Source: a virus (Duplodnaviria > Caudoviricetes). Taken from it: DNA of 36,740 bases. A program made the position numbers and the translations under genes. Of the stretch, positions 26,722 to 34,731 are shown piece after piece; the stretch's first letter is position 1; every line of letters begins with the position of its first letter. Under the pieces are notes generated by a model. It was not told where the DNA came from and did not search any database. It was given only the letters and a program-made list of their open reading frames with translations. Where the stretch lies: the IMG/VR virus record IMGVR_UViG_3300020464_000011, positions 1-36,740 of that record; one strand, written 5' to 3'.

Positions 26722-27155
26722 GTTTTAAGAATTTCAAATTGGTGAAAACACATAAGGATAATCCTTATAAGGATAATCCTGTTAAGGATCAGCCGAACCA
26801 ATTTATTGATATAACCGATAAGGATAAGCCTCAACTCGCTTCGCTCGATTATACTGAAACCAGTAAATCATCAGATCAGGATTGTCAACAGGACAGATCA
26901 AGTGAAATACGCGACATGTTAAATACGATCACCAAAAGGACAAACCACAACTATGTCTCAGCCACCTCCAAAGCAAAAAATGATCCATTGCTATTTCGCA
27001 AAGACCGGGCGCTGCGGCAGTTACGCCCAACAATGTCAGCCGATAGATTCGCAGACACACTCAAAGCAATTGCAAGAATGGATGCCACACAAGTTCTTGA
27101 TTGGGTGATTGAGGCAGAGCGGCATCTAGAAAGGGTCAGGCATGGACATCAATGA
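26718..27155 (+). CDS. Hypothetical protein containing iteron-like repeats (replication initiator candidate)
   Basis: 145 aa in the rightward early operon with internal AAGGAT repeats. Confidence 0.5.
   Translation: MSFKNFKLVKTHKDNPYKDNPVKDQPNQFIDITDKDKPQLASLDYTETSKSSDQDCQQDRSSEIRDMLNTITKRTNHNYVSATSKAKNDPLLFRKDRALRQLRPTMSADRFADTLKAIARMDATQVLDWVIEAERHLERVRHGHQ
26752..26832. repeat. 15-bp palindromic iteron-like repeats (putative origin)
   Basis: ATAAGGATAATCCTT, ATAAGGATAATCCTG and TTAAGGATCAGCCGA in tandem, plus ATAAGGATAAGCCTC at 26818. Confidence 0.7.
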
Positions 27156-27528
27156 GCTGCACACCATGTTTCTGGACATGGCTGTTACTGAGCGTAGATT
27201 GCCCAAGGCTATCAGGGTGCAGAAACAGGCATCATGGCCAGACTATCCAATGGATTGGCATGGCTATGGTTGGACACAACAAGGTGAGGTCAGGCTCAGA
27301 CCAACGAATGAACAAATCGATGCAATGGATAAAGCTCATGGCATGCTGATGGCAATGGATCAGGACACAAGGCGTTTGATCATGGCTGTTGCACACAGTG
27401 CAGTGGGAAGGGATCGCGGCCCTAGATGGACAAAGCTGGCTCACATACTAGGGCTGAATGATCCACGGATTGTCAAGCGCAACTACCGGGATGCGCTGAC
27501 TAGTCTGTATTACGGGGCATTGTCTTAG
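27142..27528 (+). CDS. Putative late-gene regulator (DUF6362-like, C-terminal HTH; Q position)
   Basis: TERRLP..SWP..RPTNEQIDAMD..RWTKLAHILG..VKRNYRDAL; last gene of the early operon before the packaging genes. Confidence 0.55.
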   Translation: MDINELHTMFLDMAVTERRLPKAIRVQKQASWPDYPMDWHGYGWTQQGEVRLRPTNEQIDAMDKAHGMLMAMDQDTRRLIMAVAHSAVGRDRGPRWTKLAHILGLNDPRIVKRNYRDALTSLYYGALS

Positions 27529-27931
27529 GATTGACAACACTCATAAGGTTACCTTTTCGCGTGTAAAGGTGGATTAGGGCGTTTGTACCTTCAGCCATTT
27601 TAAATGCGTCCTCCCATGCATCCTCTTGTAGGTGTGAATATGGGCATTCGGTAAAAACGCAATCAAGATCATCAAAATCAACTTGGTTACCATCACTATC
27701 GTATGGCACAACAAACCACCGATAATGATCATCTAAGTAACGAACCTCAATTTTTGTGCATTCCATGCGCTTTCCCTCTGGCGCGAGGCCAAGCAAATCG
27801 ATTTTGGTTTGTGCTAAATGGGCAAAATAATCTAGGACATTCTGCCTGACCTCGCTGATATCAATGCCGTACTCAGTTGCCCAAGCTTCAGCATCTACCT
27901 CGACAGTTTGTGATGGTATACGAATTTTCAC
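27500..27931 (-). CDS. Hypothetical protein (accessory cassette)
   Basis: Acidic ORF; GTG 27931 is better spaced from the GGAG RBS than 27937. Confidence 0.65.
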   Translation of the reverse strand: MKIRIPSQTVEVDAEAWATEYGIDISEVRQNVLDYFAHLAQTKIDLLGLAPEGKRMECTKIEVRYLDDHYRWFVVPYDSDGNQVDFDDLDCVFTECPYSHLQEDAWEDAFKMAEGTNALIHLYTRKGNLMSVVNPKTMPRNTD

Positions 27932-27943
27932 GGTCACTCTCCC

Positions 27944-28051
27944 TTACAGTGTGCCAGCCAAAGCATGTAGCAATATGGCTGTCAGGTAAAGGCTGGCAAA
28001 GAATAGTGCCAGCCCGGCTAATTCAAAGATGAAGCGGATGATAGACATCAT
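27944..28051 (-). CDS. 35-aa single-TM peptide, absent from the ORF track
   Basis: MMSIIRFIFELAGLALFFASLYLTAILLHALAGTL; TGATG coupling; fills the gap exactly. Confidence 0.65.
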   Translation of the reverse strand: MMSIIRFIFELAGLALFFASLYLTAILLHALAGTL

Positions 28052-28338
28052 CAATATCTCTCACATGACACGATTGCACCGTGATCTATGCAGAACTTTT
28101 TTGCAGCCTTTAGTGTCTTAAACTCATGGCGTGTGAAATCACCGCACCACTCCTCGCCGCGTTCTGTCTGTTCAAGGATAGGCACATCAACCACCCACAT
28201 ACCGTGACCATTTTTTGCAATGATCTCTCCATCTGCTGATCCGCAACTAAAATCGGCAATGTAAGTTAGTTTGCCAAGCGGAGCTTTCTTTTTGACTTTG
28301 CGACTGATGCTGAACATTCCATTCCATAAATCTTCCAT
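28051..28338 (-). CDS. Hypothetical protein (accessory cassette)
   Basis: 95 aa; TAATG coupling; ends FKTLKAAKKF. Confidence 0.65.
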   Translation of the reverse strand: MEDLWNGMFSISRKVKKKAPLGKLTYIADFSCGSADGEIIAKNGHGMWVVDVPILEQTERGEEWCGDFTRHEFKTLKAAKKFCIDHGAIVSCERY

Positions 28339-28703
28339 TACTTTGCTCCAATCTCTGATTCAGCCCATGTGTTGCCATTGGCAATGCTTGGCTTGTCTTT
28401 GCCGCCGATCAAGAGGTACTGCTTGCCCTCTTCGGGTTTGTTAGGCTTGGCAACGCTATATTTGTTGATGAAACGCTCAAGCTGACGAGCATCACGCTGA
28501 TAGTCAGGGTCATCTTCGTTTGCATTGCAGATAGCTAAACGGTTTTCAGCTTCGCCTATGATGTAAGCGTCACTGTATTTTTCGTTGACCTCTTCTTCAG
28601 TGCCATCGATTAAAAACGTATCTTCTACATCGATGATGCCAAATTGATAGACAAGCTCATTACACTTGAAAGCGTCTTTGACGATTTGGCGTAATTTAGT
28701 CAT
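28338..28703 (-). CDS. Hypothetical protein (accessory cassette)
   Basis: Start ATG 28703 with AAGGGAG RBS. Confidence 0.7.
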   Translation of the reverse strand: MTKLRQIVKDAFKCNELVYQFGIIDVEDTFLIDGTEEEVNEKYSDAYIIGEAENRLAICNANEDDPDYQRDARQLERFINKYSVAKPNKPEEGKQYLLIGGKDKPSIANGNTWAESEIGAK

Positions 28704-28734
28704 TTCAGTCTCCCTTCGTTGTTGAATTACCTTA

Positions 28735-28771
28735 CACAACTAATATGGGTATCTTGACACAATATGTCAAG
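28735..28771 (-). promoter_or_regulatory. Cassette promoter with perfect operator
   Basis: TTGACA-17-CATATT on the minus strand; palindrome CTTGACA-CAATA-TGTCAAG at 28753-28771. Confidence 0.8.
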
Positions 28772-28796
28772 GACTATGCATAAGAAATAAAGGGTG

Positions 28797-28824
28797 TTGC
28801 AAATGTCGTCAAAATCTGCATAGT
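28797..28824 (+). promoter_or_regulatory. Putative late promoter (pR'-like)
   Basis: TTGCAA-16-CATAGT upstream of terS. Confidence 0.55.
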
Positions 28825-28829
28825 CATTC

Positions 28830-28897
28830 TATCGTGCGGTTCACAACCGCTCCTCCCCACTGGCTGGTTCTGTAAATGCAGATCCAGCCTTTTTATT
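28830..28897 (+). ncRNA. Putative late-leader small RNA ending in an intrinsic terminator
   Basis: Hairpin GCGGTT-CAC-AACCGC, linker TCCTCCCC, terminator GGCTGGTTCTG...CAGATCCAGCC plus TTTTT, 12 nt before terS. Confidence 0.5.
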
Positions 28898-28906
28898 TGG
28901 AACATC

Positions 28907-29329
28907 ATGGCACCTCGTAAGATCAATAAAACATTGATGACAGACATTGCTGACCGTCTTGGCAGTGGTGAGACATTGCTCAGCATTTGCAATGATGCAG
29001 GCATGCCAAGCTATCGGACTGTCACAAGGTCAGTGCTGAAGGATGATGAGCTGTTTGAGATCTATCGCCGTGGCCGTGTCATGCAGGCTGAGTATTATGC
29101 GGATCATATCAATGATCTTGCTATGTCACCGTTACCGGCTGACCTTGATCCACGCATGCTGAATGCAGAGGTGCAGCGCCGTAGGCTTGAGGTGGATACA
29201 TTAAAGTTCACGATGGCTAAGCTACAGCCTTGGGGCTTGAGGGATAAGAAGGAAGACGCACCAGCTCAGCAAAGCATCACGATTAGCTGGCAGGGTAATG
29301 AGGTAACAGCAGAGGAAGGACAGGGGTAA
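28907..29329 (+). CDS. terS: Terminase small subunit
   Basis: IADRLGSGETLLSICNDAGMPSYRTV HTH and RRLEVDTLKFTMAKLQP; upstream of terL. Confidence 0.88.
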   Translation: MAPRKINKTLMTDIADRLGSGETLLSICNDAGMPSYRTVTRSVLKDDELFEIYRRGRVMQAEYYADHINDLAMSPLPADLDPRMLNAEVQRRRLEVDTLKFTMAKLQPWGLRDKKEDAPAQQSITISWQGNEVTAEEGQG

Positions 29330-29476
29330 GGGTCACTATATATCAGTGCTGTGTCTGACCCAGCTACGCGCGTGAGGCAGGCCGGGCTGGCCATCGATGC
29401 ACCGCCTGAGTAGAGCGGTAACCTTTGATGCTGTGTCTCGCAGAATTGCTAGGGAAAGAAGGACATGCCTGATTGT

Positions 29477-29500
29477 TTGGATACAGAATGGATACGCTTT
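29477..29500 (+). repeat. Distant copy of the attP arm-type repeat
   Basis: TTGGATACAGAATGGATACGCTTT, 23/24 identical to 18539-18562. Confidence 0.85.
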
Positions 29501-29607
29501 GCCTAGAATATTGATCAGGTTTTTGAGATATGCCTGACCCCACCCTCCAAAAATTTACCGCGCCCTCATACATCAATAATCTTCCCGACTAATGGAGCCA
29601 TACATCC

Positions 29608-30897
29608 ATGCAGATTGTCATCCCCTATGCTCCCCGGCCTCTACAAGCAAAGCTGCATGATCAGCTCTCTGAGAAGCGTTGGGGCGTAGTTGTATGCCAT
29701 CGCCGGTTTGGCAAGACAGTCATGGCGGTCAACCATTTGTTGCGCGATGCGATAATGAACGACAAGCCCAACCCACGCTATGCGTACATGGCTCCCACTT
29801 ATCGGCAGGCCAAGAATGTGGCATGGGATTATTTGAAGCAATTTGCTGGCAAGATCCCCGGTGTGCGGTTTCATGAGACTGAGCTGCGTTGTGATCTACC
29901 AACAGGGGCTAGGATCAGCCTGTTGGGCGCTGAGAACCCCGACAGCTTGCGAGGGATCTATCTGGACGGCTGTATTATGGATGAGGTCGCAGACATGCCT
30001 GAGAGCGTGTTTCCTGAGATCTTACGCCCGGCATTGTCTGATAGGGCTGGTTGGTGTGTGTTTGTAGGCACACCGCGCGGAACCAACATGTTTTACGATT
30101 ATTATGAGCTGGCGGCATCGAATGATGATTGGGTTGCTGCTGTTTATAAGGCCAGCGAGACAGGCATATTGCCAGAGGAAGAGCTGGAGGCTGCAAGGGT
30201 GATGATGTCACCTGACCAGTATGAACAGGAATTTGAGTGCAGTTGGGTGGCGAATGTACCCGGCAGCATTTACGGCAAAGAGATGCAGACCGCTTTGGAA
30301 GAGGGCCGCATTACGAATGTGCCGTATGACCCGGCGATGAAGGTACAGACATTCTGGGATCTGGGCATGGGCGATGCGACAAGCATTTGGTTTGCACAGA
30401 CAGGCGGCAGTGCCGGGAAGGGCATTCATGTCATTGATTATTATGAGGCGCGCGGTGAGGGCTTACCGCACTACTGTGCAGTCCTTGCGCGTAAAGGTTA
30501 TTTGTATGGCGATCACTTTGCGCCTCACGATGTTGAGGTTAGGGAACTTGGTTCGGGCAAAAGTCGAAGAGAGATTGCGTGGGATCTTGGGCTTAATTTC
30601 AGAGTTCTTCCAAAGCTTCCGTTAGAGGACGGCATCCACGCAGCGCAAATGTTGATCCCCCGGTGTTACTTTGACCGGGATCGATGCAAGGCTGGCCTAG
30701 AGGCGTTACGCCAATACCACCGGGCTTACAATGAGAAAAGCAGAACATTCAGACTAACGCCTGTTCACGATTGGTCATCACATGCGGCTGACAGCTTTCG
30801 CTATATGTCGATTGGTGTGCAGGAAAGCCGTGTGAACGCCCGGCCACCACAACAGGTTGCGATGACCGCATATGATCCATTTGCGGTTGCAATGTAA
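29608..30897 (+). CDS. terL: Terminase large subunit
   Basis: HRRFGKT Walker A, CIMDE Walker B, GTP coupling motif, WDLGMGD and HAADSFRY nuclease motifs. Confidence 0.96.
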   Translation: MQIVIPYAPRPLQAKLHDQLSEKRWGVVVCHRRFGKTVMAVNHLLRDAIMNDKPNPRYAYMAPTYRQAKNVAWDYLKQFAGKIPGVRFHETELRCDLPTGARISLLGAENPDSLRGIYLDGCIMDEVADMPESVFPEILRPALSDRAGWCVFVGTPRGTNMFYDYYELAASNDDWVAAVYKASETGILPEEELEAARVMMSPDQYEQEFECSWVANVPGSIYGKEMQTALEEGRITNVPYDPAMKVQTFWDLGMGDATSIWFAQTGGSAGKGIHVIDYYEARGEGLPHYCAVLARKGYLYGDHFAPHDVEVRELGSGKSRREIAWDLGLNFRVLPKLPLEDGIHAAQMLIPRCYFDRDRCKAGLEALRQYHRAYNEKSRTFRLTPVHDWSSHAADSFRYMSIGVQESRVNARPPQQVAMTAYDPFAVAM

Positions 30898-30908
30898 GGA
30901 GTAGAAAT

Positions 30909-31772
30909 ATGGCGCACTCAAAAATGTCACCAAAGCGAAAAGTTAATGTAAGGGGCCAAAAGCATTCGCTTGCCTACATTAATGATCGTGAGAAAAGACT
31001 GCTTAGAAAAGCTGGTGGATCTGGTAAGCCCGGCCCTAATGGCATTCCTACTTACTTTGATGTTGGTGAGGGCTGGGGCGGTTACGATAGCACAGAAAGT
31101 AGAGGCGGCGTTTCAGCAGCCGAAACTGCTGGCGGCGCTGGCGATCCTGATGCTGGCCGCGATGATGGCGGCACTTATTCAGATGACCAGACAGGGCGCG
31201 ACACATCTGGCGATGAGCAACGAGCAGAAATGGCAAGGTCTAGCACGCTGCCATCTCAATTTCTTGCAGACAAAGTAGCAGACCGCGAACCCCCAGTAAA
31301 AGGCATGATGAAATATAGCCCTGTGGGCGCTATTGCAAATAAGATTGCAAAATTTACTAGGGGTCAGATTGAAAAACAATTACGAGCTGGCGGCACTCCT
31401 ATTTTTAATAAAGACCGCGAAATCATGGGTGTAATGCACGATGGCCCTTTTGGTGGTAGATTTGGCAAGGTTTACACCGGCAGAACAATGGATCCAGACC
31501 AGTATGACGGCCCTGCTGAATTTGCTGATCAGGTCACAATGGATCTAGGTGGTGGCGAAAGCGATGATGTTCGCACTGGCGCTAAAAAGAAAATACTGCC
31601 CAAAGATGTTATTGACGGCAAATTGCCTGATGCACCTAAAGCCGGTGATGGTGACGATACAGAGCGCCGTTCCAAGATGGGCAAGGAATCAACCATAAGC
31701 ACCACAGCGCAAGGTTTGCTTGGCTCAGCAAAAACACGCAATCGTTCATTAATGGCGGGTCTTATTTCGTAA
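30909..31772 (+). CDS. Pre-portal virion-associated protein, function unknown
   Basis: 287 aa; HSLAYINDREKRLLRKAGGSGKPGPNGIPTY N-terminus, Gly/Asp-rich middle, STISTTAQGLLG C-terminus. Confidence 0.6.
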   Translation: MAHSKMSPKRKVNVRGQKHSLAYINDREKRLLRKAGGSGKPGPNGIPTYFDVGEGWGGYDSTESRGGVSAAETAGGAGDPDAGRDDGGTYSDDQTGRDTSGDEQRAEMARSSTLPSQFLADKVADREPPVKGMMKYSPVGAIANKIAKFTRGQIEKQLRAGGTPIFNKDREIMGVMHDGPFGGRFGKVYTGRTMDPDQYDGPAEFADQVTMDLGGGESDDVRTGAKKKILPKDVIDGKLPDAPKAGDGDDTERRSKMGKESTISTTAQGLLGSAKTRNRSLMAGLIS

Positions 31773-31966
31773 TGGATCTGAAGGGCAAAAAAAACCTTGC
31801 TGGCCGCATGGGCATGTCTGCACCGCAACCAATGAATTTTAGCGCTGCCATGAATGTAAACCCATTAGAGCGCTTGCTGCAAAAAGCTGCCGGTAAAAGC
31901 CAAGGCAGATCAATTGCTGGCATCAAACGAGACAAACCCAGCAAAATGTCCGGGGGCATGTATTAA
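31772..31966 (+). CDS. Small basic hypothetical protein
   Basis: 64 aa; TAATG coupling at both ends. Confidence 0.65.
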   Translation: MDLKGKKNLAGRMGMSAPQPMNFSAAMNVNPLERLLQKAAGKSQGRSIAGIKRDKPSKMSGGMY

Positions 31967-33582
31967 TGGCAGATCCTGTTAAAAAAGAGGTGGCGGCGCT
32001 TGATCGGCGCTTAAAGACACTACACAACACGCGCGCAAACTGGGAAAGCCATTGGCAAGATCTGGCTGACTATATGTTGCCAAGAAAGGCAGACATTACC
32101 AAAAAGCGCGCTCAAGGCGATAAGCGCACAGAGCTGATCTATGACGGCACCGCTATCCATGCCGTTGAGCTGCTGGCTGCAAGCTTGCATGGCATGCTGA
32201 CCGGGGCATCAGCCCCTTGGTTTAGTTTGCGGTTTAGGGATCCTATTCTGCAAGACAACGATGCAGCCAATGAGTGGCTGGAAGAAACCACTGACCAAAT
32301 GTATATGGCGTTCAATCGGTCTAACTTTCAGCAAGAGATCCATGAGCTTTACTATGATCTGGTTGTGTTTGGCACAGCGGCGATGTTTGTCGAGGCTGGC
32401 GATGAGGAAGGATTGCGGTTTAGCTGCCGCCACATTGCTGAGATCTATATATCAGAGAATGCACAAGGCAAGGTTGATACTGTCTATCGCAAGTTTGAGC
32501 TGACGGCCAGAGCCATAGCCACAAGATTTGGTGAGAAGAACTTGCCGCAAAAGATTGCAAAAAGTCTGGCAGAGGATCCATTCAAAGAACACCCGCTAGT
32601 CCACTGCATTTTTCCAAAGGACGGCATCAAGTCAGATCTGTTTGCAAAATTAGATAAGCCAATCGGCTCAATATATTATTGTGAAGAAACCAAAATGATA
32701 TTGGGTGAGGGCGGCTTTGATGAAATGCCAATGCTGATCCCAAGGTTTAATAAAGACAGCGTTTCGGTCTATGGCCGGTCACCCGGCATGACATGCCTCA
32801 GTGATACGAAAATGCTTAATAAGATGAGCGAGATCACGATTAGATCAGCTCAAAAGCAATTAGATCCACCGCTGATGGTGCCTGACGATGGGTTCCTGTT
32901 GCCAGTTCGCACAACGCCCGGCAGCTTGAACTTTTACCGCACCGGCACAAGAGATCGGCTTGAGCCTCTACAGATGGGAGCTAATAATGCCCTTGGGCTT
33001 AATATGGAAGAGCAACGCCGCCAAGCAATCCGCGAGGCTTTCTATGTAGATCAGTTGCTTATGGGTCAAGGCCAAACCATGACTGCAACAGAGGTTCTCC
33101 AGCGCAACGAAGAAAAAATGAGGCTGCTTGGCCCGGTTATGGGGCGCATGCAAAGTGAGTTATTACAACCACTTATTAATCGTGCTTTCGCTATATTATT
33201 AAGACAGGGCGCATTCCCAGCAGCGCCAGAAGAATTGCAGGGGCTAGATATCGATATTGAATATGTCAGCCCATTGGCCAAGTCACAGAAAATGGCTGAG
33301 CTGCAATCGACACTACGAGGCATTGAGGTGCTGTCGCAGTTTGGTGAGATGGCCCCGGTTATGGATTATTTGGATAGCGACAAGATGATTGAATATCTTG
33401 TGGATGTTCTTGGCCTACCGGCCAGAGTAATCCGTTCATCCGAAGAGGTGATGATGGTTCGCCGCCAGCAACAACAGCAGGCACAAGCCCAAGCAGCGGC
33501 TGAACAGCAGGCCGCTAACGCTGAGCAAGCTGGGCAGATAGCCCCTTACATAAAAGCAACCGGCGAGGTGCCTAACATATGA
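31966..33582 (+). CDS. Portal / head-tail connector (T7 gp8-like)
   Basis: 538 aa; DLVVFGTA, YGRSPG, MTATEV..R..EK..LGPV and IEYVSPLAK motifs. Confidence 0.95.
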   Translation: MADPVKKEVAALDRRLKTLHNTRANWESHWQDLADYMLPRKADITKKRAQGDKRTELIYDGTAIHAVELLAASLHGMLTGASAPWFSLRFRDPILQDNDAANEWLEETTDQMYMAFNRSNFQQEIHELYYDLVVFGTAAMFVEAGDEEGLRFSCRHIAEIYISENAQGKVDTVYRKFELTARAIATRFGEKNLPQKIAKSLAEDPFKEHPLVHCIFPKDGIKSDLFAKLDKPIGSIYYCEETKMILGEGGFDEMPMLIPRFNKDSVSVYGRSPGMTCLSDTKMLNKMSEITIRSAQKQLDPPLMVPDDGFLLPVRTTPGSLNFYRTGTRDRLEPLQMGANNALGLNMEEQRRQAIREAFYVDQLLMGQGQTMTATEVLQRNEEKMRLLGPVMGRMQSELLQPLINRAFAILLRQGAFPAAPEELQGLDIDIEYVSPLAKSQKMAELQSTLRGIEVLSQFGEMAPVMDYLDSDKMIEYLVDVLGLPARVIRSSEEVMMVRRQQQQQAQAQAAAEQQAANAEQAGQIAPYIKATGEVPNI

Positions 33583-33800
33583 GCGAGAAACAGCGAGAAA
33601 CAATCCAGCTTTTTTACCGGCAAGCATTCAACACAGCCGAAGGTTTGGTTGTCTTAGATGATTTAAAAAAGCGCTTCAATCTTAACGCCACGACATTTGA
33701 GCGCGGCGATCCGCATTACTCAGCATATCTGGAGGGCCAGCGATCTGTTGTGCTTTCCATTATGCGTTTCATGGAAGAGAAACAACAACGAGAGGATTAA
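33579..33800 (+). CDS. Bbp19-like small protein
   Basis: YRQAFNTAEGLVVLDDL..AYLEGQRSVVLSI between portal and scaffold. Confidence 0.75.
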   Translation: MSEKQRETIQLFYRQAFNTAEGLVVLDDLKKRFNLNATTFERGDPHYSAYLEGQRSVVLSIMRFMEEKQQRED

Positions 33801-33806
33801 ACCAAA

Positions 33807-34622
33807 ATGAATGACCAAGTTGAGACAACCCCGGTTGACGATAGTGGATCTCAGGAAGCGGCCCCGATTGGCTTTCTGGATAGTTTGCCAGAAGAGTTAA
33901 GGCATGAGCCGTCACTAAAAAATTTTACAGATGTTGGACAATTAGCAAAAAGCCATGTCCACGCACAACGGATGATCGGTGCAGATAAAATTGCAATACC
34001 CGGCTCCGGGTCTAATGATGATGATTGGATGCCGATCTTTCAAAAGCTTGGCGCGCCTATCAATGCTGATGGCTACCAATTACAGAATGTGGAGCTGGAT
34101 GAAACCACGCTCCAATCGTTTAAAGAAATGGCAGCGGCTAAAGGCATGTTGCCTCGACATGTACAAGCCACGGCTGAGTTCTTGCAAAACCAATCAGCGG
34201 CTGGCAGCGAGGCAGCACAAGCCAACATGGATGCAGTATCAGCGCAATGGGATGCTGAGCTGCGTGAAGAATTTGGCGCTGGATACGATGCAAAGCATGA
34301 TCGCGCTGCCGCCGCCGGTAGAGCGATGGGCATCGATCCAGATATTTGGGATCAAATAAAATTGGATAATGGTCTGCCGCTTGGCGATCACCCATTCATT
34401 ATTAAACTGTTTGCCGGGCTGGCTGACCAGCTTGGAGAAGATACCCTTGAGGGCGTGACAACCGAACTGGTGATGACACCAGATGAGGCCGCGCGAAAGG
34501 TTAATGAATTAACCGCTCAAGGAATGCCCTATTGGGATAAAAAGCATCCAGCACATGAACAGGATGTTGCAGAAGTTTTAAGGCTCCGGGGGTTTCAATT
34601 CCCAGAGCCTGTTGAGGGATAA
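33807..34622 (+). CDS. Capsid scaffolding protein
   Basis: Acidic 271 aa; LPEELR..LAKS..LREEFG..YWDKKHPAH; precedes the capsid gene. Confidence 0.82.
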   Translation: MNDQVETTPVDDSGSQEAAPIGFLDSLPEELRHEPSLKNFTDVGQLAKSHVHAQRMIGADKIAIPGSGSNDDDWMPIFQKLGAPINADGYQLQNVELDETTLQSFKEMAAAKGMLPRHVQATAEFLQNQSAAGSEAAQANMDAVSAQWDAELREEFGAGYDAKHDRAAAAGRAMGIDPDIWDQIKLDNGLPLGDHPFIIKLFAGLADQLGEDTLEGVTTELVMTPDEAARKVNELTAQGMPYWDKKHPAHEQDVAEVLRLRGFQFPEPVEG

Positions 34623-34687
34623 GCCTTACGGCCCCCTACGCCTACGCCTACCATAGTTCAAGCCCGGCTGAGCTGGATAACTGGAAC
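34615..34687 (+). promoter_or_regulatory. Structured capsid-leader RNA (two hairpins with the same AUAA/C internal loop)
   Basis: Base pairing traced by hand; see findings. Confidence 0.55.
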
Positions 34688-34731
34688 GAAAACTCACTTA
34701 AATTTCAACTTTAAATGTGGAGGGTGACATT

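Noticed and set aside
26752-26832. Mini CRISPR array
   Set aside because: Units are 15 bp and mostly directly tandem without unique spacers; no cas genes. The PD-(D/E)xK gene is explained as the Erf partner.
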